DNA of 54,708 bases from a virus (taxonomy: Duplodnaviria > Caudoviricetes), in the IMG/VR virus record IMGVR_UViG_3300035670_000266, positions 1-54,708 of that record, one strand, 5' to 3'. Made by a program: the position numbers and the translations under genes. The notes under the pieces were generated by a model. That model was not told where the DNA came from, ran no database searches, and saw nothing but the letters and a program-made list of their open reading frames with translations. Below are positions 15,389 to 24,300 of the stretch, in pieces. How positions within the stretch are numbered: position 1 is the first letter of the stretch; every line of letters begins with the position of its first letter.

Positions 15389-18300
15389 ATGGCTCTTACA
15401 AGACTTGATAATCTGTATTCAAGCAAAACTGGTAAATACCTTTATGTATCTCCAGATGACTTTAATGCTACTGACGAATTAGATAACAGAGGCAATTCTC
15501 CTCTACGTCCTTTCAAGACAATTCAAAGAGCATTTATTGAGGTAGCAAGATATTCGTTCCTACCTGCTGAAAACGGTCAAAGCGTTCCTGATAGATTTGA
15601 CCAGTTCAGCATCATGCTAATGCCTGGTGATCACTATATTGATAACCGTCCAGGTCTTGTAGAAATTGATACTGGTAAAAAACAACGTTATTATGATGCA
15701 AAAACCCTAATTACAGCAAACCGCCAAGAAATTATTGATCGTGCGTTTGCTCAGATTGCTATTGATTACAATGAAGTACTTTGGGGCGCTAATTGGGTAG
15801 TTCCTGGCGATCCTGCTGTTCAGGATAAAAATAGATATTATGATTCATATCGTTTAATTCAAAAAAATAGAGATTATATTAGAGATAGAGCAACTGCTGA
15901 GGTAGCCATTCAATTTCCTGATTTTTATTTTCCAGATGAACCAGAAACTGATACTGCTAGCAGATTTGCTGATGCTTATCGTTTAATTCAGCAAAATAGA
16001 CAAAATATTATTGATTCTGCCTTTGCTAACACCGCTTTAACTTATCCTGCGGTTGGTTCTGTTGGAGACAAGTGTAAGCGTGATATCGGTTACTTTATTG
16101 ATCACACTACACTAGACCTTTTCTTTGGCGGCAACAAGTACACCAGAGAATTTGTACTTCAGTACTTTGATGCTAATGGTAACCAAATTACCAATGGTCT
16201 TCAAGGCGAAGAAACTCAATCTAACTATGCTTTCAATGCTGCTAAAGCTTTCATGAAAGCAGCATTAACAAATCAAAGTTCTGTTGTTGTTAATGGAACA
16301 ACTTATAATATTGCTTCTTGGACAAAAGACTTAACTATAACTGCTGATCCTTTAACTGGTTCTAATACTAGTGCTGCTTCTTGTGCTAACGTACAGACTA
16401 CACTTGATAACTTAACTACCATTGTTACTGATGTTTTCCTTGCTGGTAATCTTTCAAGTCTTCCTCCAGTAAACACAGGAAATGCTTCTGTAGGTAAATT
16501 AAAGTGTGCTAGAGATATTGGATTCTATATTGATGCTATTTCTCTAGATATTGCTCAGGGTGGTGGTAACGTATACACTAGAAAGTATATCAAAAACTAC
16601 TTCAACCCAGCTGGCACTGCTTGGATTGATGATGGTCTACAGGGAGAAGAAGTACAATCTTTAGTTGCTTTTAATTTTGCTAAAAATTTGATGAAGCAAG
16701 CAGTATCCAATCAACTTGGATACAAAGATCTATCTTTAACTCACAACACATCTAATCCTGGCACTTATAATGGGGACAATTATGACCCAGCTTCTTGTGC
16801 TAATGTAAAAACAACAATTGACAACCTTGCTGGTATCGTACAAACTTTCTTCACTCAAGGTACATTAGATAACTTTGTAGCAGAAACTGTAGCAGACACA
16901 GAACCAGGCGAGAGCAAGTGTAAGCGTGACATTGGTTATATTGTTGATGCTGTTGCTGCTGACTTAGCAAATGGTGGTAATGGTAGCATTATTGCTGCTG
17001 CTAAAGCATATTTTAACAAAAATGGCACTCCAATCAGTAATGGTTTAGTTGGTGAAGAAGCACAATCAATTGTTGCTTTTAATGCCGCCAGAGACATGAT
17101 GAAGAAAGCTGTAACCAACCAGCTTTATTCTAAAGATCTCACTATTCTTGCTGGCCCTGCTGAGTACATTGGATATGAAACTAACGAACCAATTGTACCA
17201 AATCTTCCATCAGGTAATGCTGCTACTTGTATTGATGTACAAGCAAGTATCGATACTCTTGTTGGTATTATCACCACAGTTATCAATGATGGAAATCTAG
17301 ATAGTCTCACTAATGTACAAATCACTGGTGATATCCCAGTATTTAACTTTAACAGAGCTCTACAAGAATGGCAAGATAACAGTATTCTTGACCTTAGCAA
17401 CCCAGATAACGTTCTTTACAAGTTTAACTCTTCTACAGGCGGTTGTATCGTTCCTAGAGGTTGTTCTTTGATTGGTTATGACCTTCGTAGAACGATTGTT
17501 CGTCCTCTTTATGTTCCAGATCCTGCCGATGGAACACAAGAAAGAACTTCTATCTTCAACTTAACTGGTGGTTGCTATATTTGGCAGTTTACTATTAAAG
17601 ATGGTGATCTCTCTTCAAATTCACCGCTATTTGATTCAACTGCTAATGTTGGTAAGGTTTACTTCCAGAAGGGCAATAACTCACAGTTAGCTATTCCTGA
17701 GTATTCTCACCATAAGATCACTATTATGACTTATGCTGATCAAGATGATCTTGATCTGTATTATCAAAAGGTAGCAACTGCTTTTGCTTTGTTCCAACCA
17801 ACTATTGATGATGGTGATTTTGAAGCACTGCCACAAGAAAACAGAATTGTTGGTCCTCTTTCTGATACCAGAAGTATTAGTAAAATTAGACTAAAGGGAC
17901 AAACTGCTGGCGGCAAGACAACCATTGAAGCTACCACAAAAGTTGCTCATGGATACTTCAAGGAGCAGTATGTTGCTATTATTGATACTGGATTGAATGA
18001 TGGATTAAACGGTACTTTCAAAATTACCGCTATTTCGGATAATCCTAAGATTTTTGAATATGAAGTTGATCTAACTCCTCAGCAACTAGGATTGGATATT
18101 AACGAGACTGGATATACTATTCCAGATCTTAGCTTAAATGCCAGAGCACAAGCAGAAATCGACTCTGTAGAATCTGCTTCACCATACGTCTTCAACTGCT
18201 CAATCAGATCCACCTGGGGTATCTGTGGTATGTGGGCAGATGGATCCAAAGCAACTGGATTCAAGTCGATGGTTGTTGCTCAGTACACAGGTGTTTCGCT

Positions 18301-21300
18301 ACAAAAAGATGACCGTGCTTTTATCCGTTATGATGAATTTAGCAACACCTGGAACCAGGCATCACTAACTGATGCTTTTGCTACCGTTGCTTATCATACT
18401 AAAGGTGATGCTTATTGGAAAGATGACTGGAGAAACTTCCACATCCGTGCTTCGGATGACTCATTTATTCAGTGTGTTAGCGTCTTTGCTGTAGGATTCT
18501 TTGATCACTTCTTGATGGAGTCTGGCGGTGACATGTCAATCACCAACTCCAACTCTAACTTTGGTAATACATCTCTACACTCTATTGGTTATAAGGGATT
18601 TTCTTTCAACCAAGATAAGGGTGGATATATTACTGATATTATTCCTGTCAAAAAAGTTGATACCAGTGCTTTTAACGAATTAGAACTTAAGTATTATCCT
18701 CTGTCTAATCAGGCTACTAAAGTTAATGGTAATCAAACTAAACTATATTATAGTGGAGATGATGTATATTCTCCATTTGAAAAACCAGCAACTTCAATTG
18801 ATGGTTATAGACTTGGCGCTTTAACTAATGATAAATTGTTCCTAAAACTACCAAAACTTGGTGGCGGGACGGACATTTACGAAGCAACTGTTTCTCCATC
18901 TGGATTTGAACAGTACAAAGTTTCTCTAGAAACTCTAAATCCAGATGGTGTTCAGATTAATAATCTAGCACAAGATGCTTCTAATTTGATTGAAGCAAAT
19001 AAGGAGTTTATTCAAAGTGAAGCATACAAGTATATTATTACGAAGTATCCAGCTCTTCAGACAAATACTAATATCACTATTTCTAAGTGTGAAAGAGATA
19101 TTGGTTATATCGTTGATGCTGTAATTCAAGACTTGAGACTTGGCGGTAATATTAATACTATTCAAGCTGCTGAAGGTTATTACGTTGGTGGTACGCTTGC
19201 TTATATTGATGGAGAACTCAACGAATCGATTGAAGCATATGAGTATGTGAAGAATCTTTGTATTGCTGCTATGAGAAATTTTGACTATCTCATTAGAGAT
19301 TGTCAAACAACTAATGGATCTGCTATTATCAATGTTGGTAATACACAAGGACTTCTCGTTGGAATGAGAGTCACTCAGTATGATTATAACACCACTAATT
19401 TCACCAATGGTAGACTAAATCGTGGTACTGCTGTTCCAACTACAATAAATCCATCAATTCCTACTGGTGCTTACGTTAGAAGAGTTATTGACTCCGAAAA
19501 GATTGAAATTGGAAATAGTGCTCCTGTATTGACGGAAACTAATGGTATTTTATCAGCAACATTTGGAAATGCTATTACAGCAAACTTAACTTCTACTTCT
19601 GGCGTATATCTACACTTTGAATTCTCACAAACAGCATCTATTTCAGATAGCAATGATGTTCTTGTTGGTGGATTCAGCTCAGTTAATCCTGTAAGAGATA
19701 GTTCTGTTCTTCAAGACACAACAGCGTGGTCTCCAACTGGTGCTGATGGATATCCTGAATGTGCTAGCATTGCTGCTACTATCGAAGAATATTTCACTAA
19801 CTTCTTCTTGATTCTAAACAATGGATTAACTCCCCTTGGCGGTAAAGAAGTAGATGCTTCTAACTTAATTCTTGCTAATAAAGAATTTATTGCTGCTGAA
19901 GCTGTAGATAGAATGTTGGCAAACAATCCAGGATTTAGTGTTCCTGGCGGTAGTCAAAATTGTATTGATGACGTTATTGATGTTCTAGAGACATATGCCT
20001 ACAATATCAAGTTTGGTGGAAATGATAAAGTTTATGATGCTGCTAGAATCTATGTTCTACAACCAGGACTACTAGCTGGAGAAAGAACACAATCTGTTGA
20101 AGTTTATACAGAAGCAAGAGATCTTGCTACTTCTGTAATGAGAAATCAACCAATTATCATTGAAGGTTCTCATGGTTTGACTCAAACTTTTGATAATAAT
20201 GTCATTGGTGAAACTTCTAATCAAGCTGGCGTTTATAACTATGCCAATGATTGTGTTAGTGTTGCTCAAACTCTAACTACATTTACTGCTATTATTACTC
20301 AAGCAATTGGTACTGAAGCAAATCCAGGAAATCTAACTGGTATTACTAGAACAGAACCAACATTCAATGTTGTCACTAGAGTAGAACCAGTAGTAGATAC
20401 TGCTAATCTTGCCACTCGTGCTACATTATTCACTGTTAACACTGGTGCTTCTACTTCAGATCCACACTTATTTGAAACTGGAACTCCTGTAAGACTTGTT
20501 CCAAAAATTAGAGATGGTGTAGACCCTGCTACTGTAGATAAGAGAGTAATTCGTCTTCCAAAAGGATTTGATACTAATACAATTTACTATGTAATTGCTC
20601 CTGGTAGAAGAACTGAACCTGAAGATTATTCTGATGGTGCTACATATCCAAATGTTTTCACCAAGAATCAAACAACTAAGTTGATGTTGGCGACAACAAA
20701 AGAAAATGCGGCCGCTGGCATTTACATGTATTCGCCAGAGACTGACTCTGTTGATTTCAACGTACAAATAGAACTTCATCAGTTTGTTCTTGATGAAAGT
20801 TATGATCTTCATCAATATCTCTGTAATTTCCCAACTGGTCAAACTAATGTAATTCAAACTGATGTTCCCCACATTTTTGATGTTCCAGGAACTCAGGCAC
20901 ATGTACAAAAAATCTTCTTTAGAACATTTGGAGAATCATCAACTCTACCTCAGTTTACTGATGGTTCGAGTGTAAATCCAAATCAGTATTACTATGCTAG
21001 ATTTGTAACTCCAAAGACATTTGCTGTTTATCTAACAGCTGCCGACGCTGTTAATGGATCTCTTAGCGTAACATTTGCTAATGGATTTGGACAAAACTTC
21101 TATGTATTTGCTGATAAGAGGGTATCTCCAGTAAGATTTGATGCTACTAGAGATGATAGTGCTTTACCAGAAGATGATCGTGAAACAACAACTGGACAGT
21201 GGTACATTCAGACAACTGATGATTATGATCCAGCTGTAAACATTCAAGCTAGAATGAATCAAATTGGTGCTGATTTGAAAGATGCTAGATCTAAAAATAC

Positions 21301-24300
21301 TACATTCAAGAGACTTAAGGACGATAGAACAGCACAAGATAGAATCTATCGTTTACGTTATGTAATTCCTAAATATGCTGATGGTGTAAGAGATCCTCTA
21401 AATGGGTTTGTTCTCAAGGCAAGAACCGACGAAACAAGAAAACTGCTACCACAAAAAATTGTTCTTAAACCAGTTTCTAGTGGTATTGCTAGTGTTGCTT
21501 TGTTTGAAGTTGAAACTCAACTTGCCCAGGGTGGAACAATTAATCAGCAACTAGGTCTTCCAGCAAGTGAATTAAATTCGAGCTTTGACTATGATCCATA
21601 TAATGTAGATCAGGTTAAGATTATTCCTAGCGATAGAACGGAATCAAAAGTTTCTTTTACTATTCAATCTGCTAGAAAGGTAACAATTTCTAGCACTGAA
21701 TATTTAGAATTAACTGTATTTGATCTTGGAATCACTTCTGATTCTGTAAGAAACGAGCAGTTTGTAACTGTTAAGATTAATGCTCCTCAAGGCGGATCAT
21801 TCAGAATTAATTCTTCTGTAAGTAATGAGCTTAACAAAGTTACTTGGAATGGATTCTCCTCTGGATTTGCTTATATTCAAGGATACTTCAATCCAGATGG
21901 CACTGACGAACATTACTTAGTTCTTAAGGGATTAGATGAAGATGTGATTTCTTACAATAGAAATTCTTCAACTGTTTTCTCACAACCAGTATTAAATGTT
22001 GATAATGATCCAGTTCTTGATAGTAATGGCAATCAAGTTCTTATCTATGCTACTCTTCAAGCAAAACCAAATAGTGTAGGAAGTCCTAACAATACTCTCA
22101 GCAAGTCTGATAGAAAGGATTATCTCTATAGTGATAAGAACGCTAACGTTCTTACAATGACTCCTGGTGATAAGATTATTGATGACGATGGTAATCAATA
22201 TGAAATTGCTAGCGTTGTAGACGCTGGCGAAATTGAAGATACATTCTATATCTTTGATATTGAAGAAGTTAAGAGAAGAATTCCTAATCAGCAAGAAGGT
22301 ATTTACTACCTAACTTGTGTTAAGGGTAATGTTTCTCCATATCCAACTGGTCCAGGTGTTGGTACAAACTTCAGAAACTTTAGATTCTCTCAACCAATTG
22401 GTCAACTATATCCACTAGATTATAAGAACGATCCACTTTGGTTCCAAGTTAGACCAGATGGTACAAGAGATACCAGTATTCTAGATACTCCAGCTACTGT
22501 TTGTGCTGCTGATAACTTTATTCATGGTTTAGTAACAACTAATGACTATAAGAATAGTGAAACAAAAGAAGTTATTCTAGACTTCATTGAAAATCCTGCT
22601 TTAAACAGATATGATTATGTAACCAATGCTATTGAAGCACAGTCTGGAAACGCTGCTTCTGGATCTGAAGATAGATTAATTCCTATCTGTGGTGATTCTC
22701 CATATCCAACTGAGCGTAGACTGTATGTTGAACTACGTAGACCATCTATTGCTCGTTCTGGTAACCACACATTTGAATACCTAGGTTTTGGTCCTGGTAA
22801 CTACTCAACTGGTTTCCCACTTCGTCAGGAAGTTGTCCTTAGAGACATTCAGGACTTCTATGCTCAGGCAAAGCGTGAGGACGGCGGTATCGTCTTCTAC
22901 ACTGGTCTAAACTCTAATGGTGACCTCTATATCGGTAACCGTAAAATCAACGCTATTACAGGCGAAGAAACATTCTTAGAGAGAGCAGAATTGCTAGCTT
23001 CGGATGATGATGAAGGTGATATTGGTGGTCTTGTTACTACTTTTGAACTTCCTGTTGCTTTCGAACAAGAAATTACTGTTGATGGCGATGCTCTGTTTAA
23101 TAATCCAGTAACAATTAACGTTGATGATGATGAACCAAATGCTTTCACCGTTATTTCTAACGTTGATTCGAATGCTGGCGGTGATTTATCACTAGATAGC
23201 AGTGCCTTCAGTAGAAGTATTATTGCTTCTCAAGGTAATGTTGTTATACATCAAAACCAAATTTGGTCTGCCGTATACAGATTAAATCCAAGAGGAAATA
23301 CACTATTATCTGGTCAGGATTATAGCATTAGAACAGCTGTTGATAATACAGCTGGCAATACTCCCACTAACCAAACACCTAATCAAACAAATAGCAATCT
23401 TGGATATGCTGTAGCATATGGTAATCAGCAACCAACCGCTGGTGATATCATTCTAAAAGGTGAACAGGTAGATAGATCTGGATCTCTTGGTTGGATTTAT
23501 GCTAACTTCTATGATCCCGTAACTGCTTCTATTGAGTCTTCAACTGCTCTCGGCGGATCAACAGTTCAATTTAATACAGTAACTGGCACTTCAGTTTCTT
23601 CTCTTGGTATTGTAGTTAATACAATCATCAAGATTGAAGGTATGACTGGTAGATACCTCAATCTCAATGGATTAAGAAAGGTTACTGAAGTATCTGGGTC
23701 ATTCTTCAAAGTTAATGCTCCTGTATTGATTGAAGTTAGTGCTGTTGATGATCCTCAAGCTATTGGATCTGGAGTTGTTATTTCCGTTGCCAGAAACAGT
23801 TGGAAAGAAGTTGGAGTTGTTGGATCTGAAGTATTCAGAACCTACACCGATATTCCTGGTAAGTATGCTGTTGGTATCAACACTATTGCTAGAGCAGCAC
23901 ATGCTGATAAAGATACAGCATTTATTTCTACTGTTACATATCCAAGAGCAACCCTGGATGTTGTTGGTACTATGTTTATTAGTGGCAAGACACTATCTGA
24001 TACTAACTTTACTAACAACTCTACTCTTTCACAAAGAACATTTAATGTTGAAGATAACGCTGTATTAATTGGCGGCGATTCATTACTACCAAATACTACA
24101 GCTACATTAAGAGTTGCCACTTCTAATGGAACTCAGTCTAATGGATCTCCAAGACTTTATACTGGTGGTCGTTTAGGACTTAATGTTTCTGAATCAAATA
24201 TGAACCATACACTCACAGTTGTGGGTGATATGAGATTGACTGAAGATGCTACTTTTGAAGAAAATCTGGCAGTAAATGGTGGATCACTATCAACTACATC

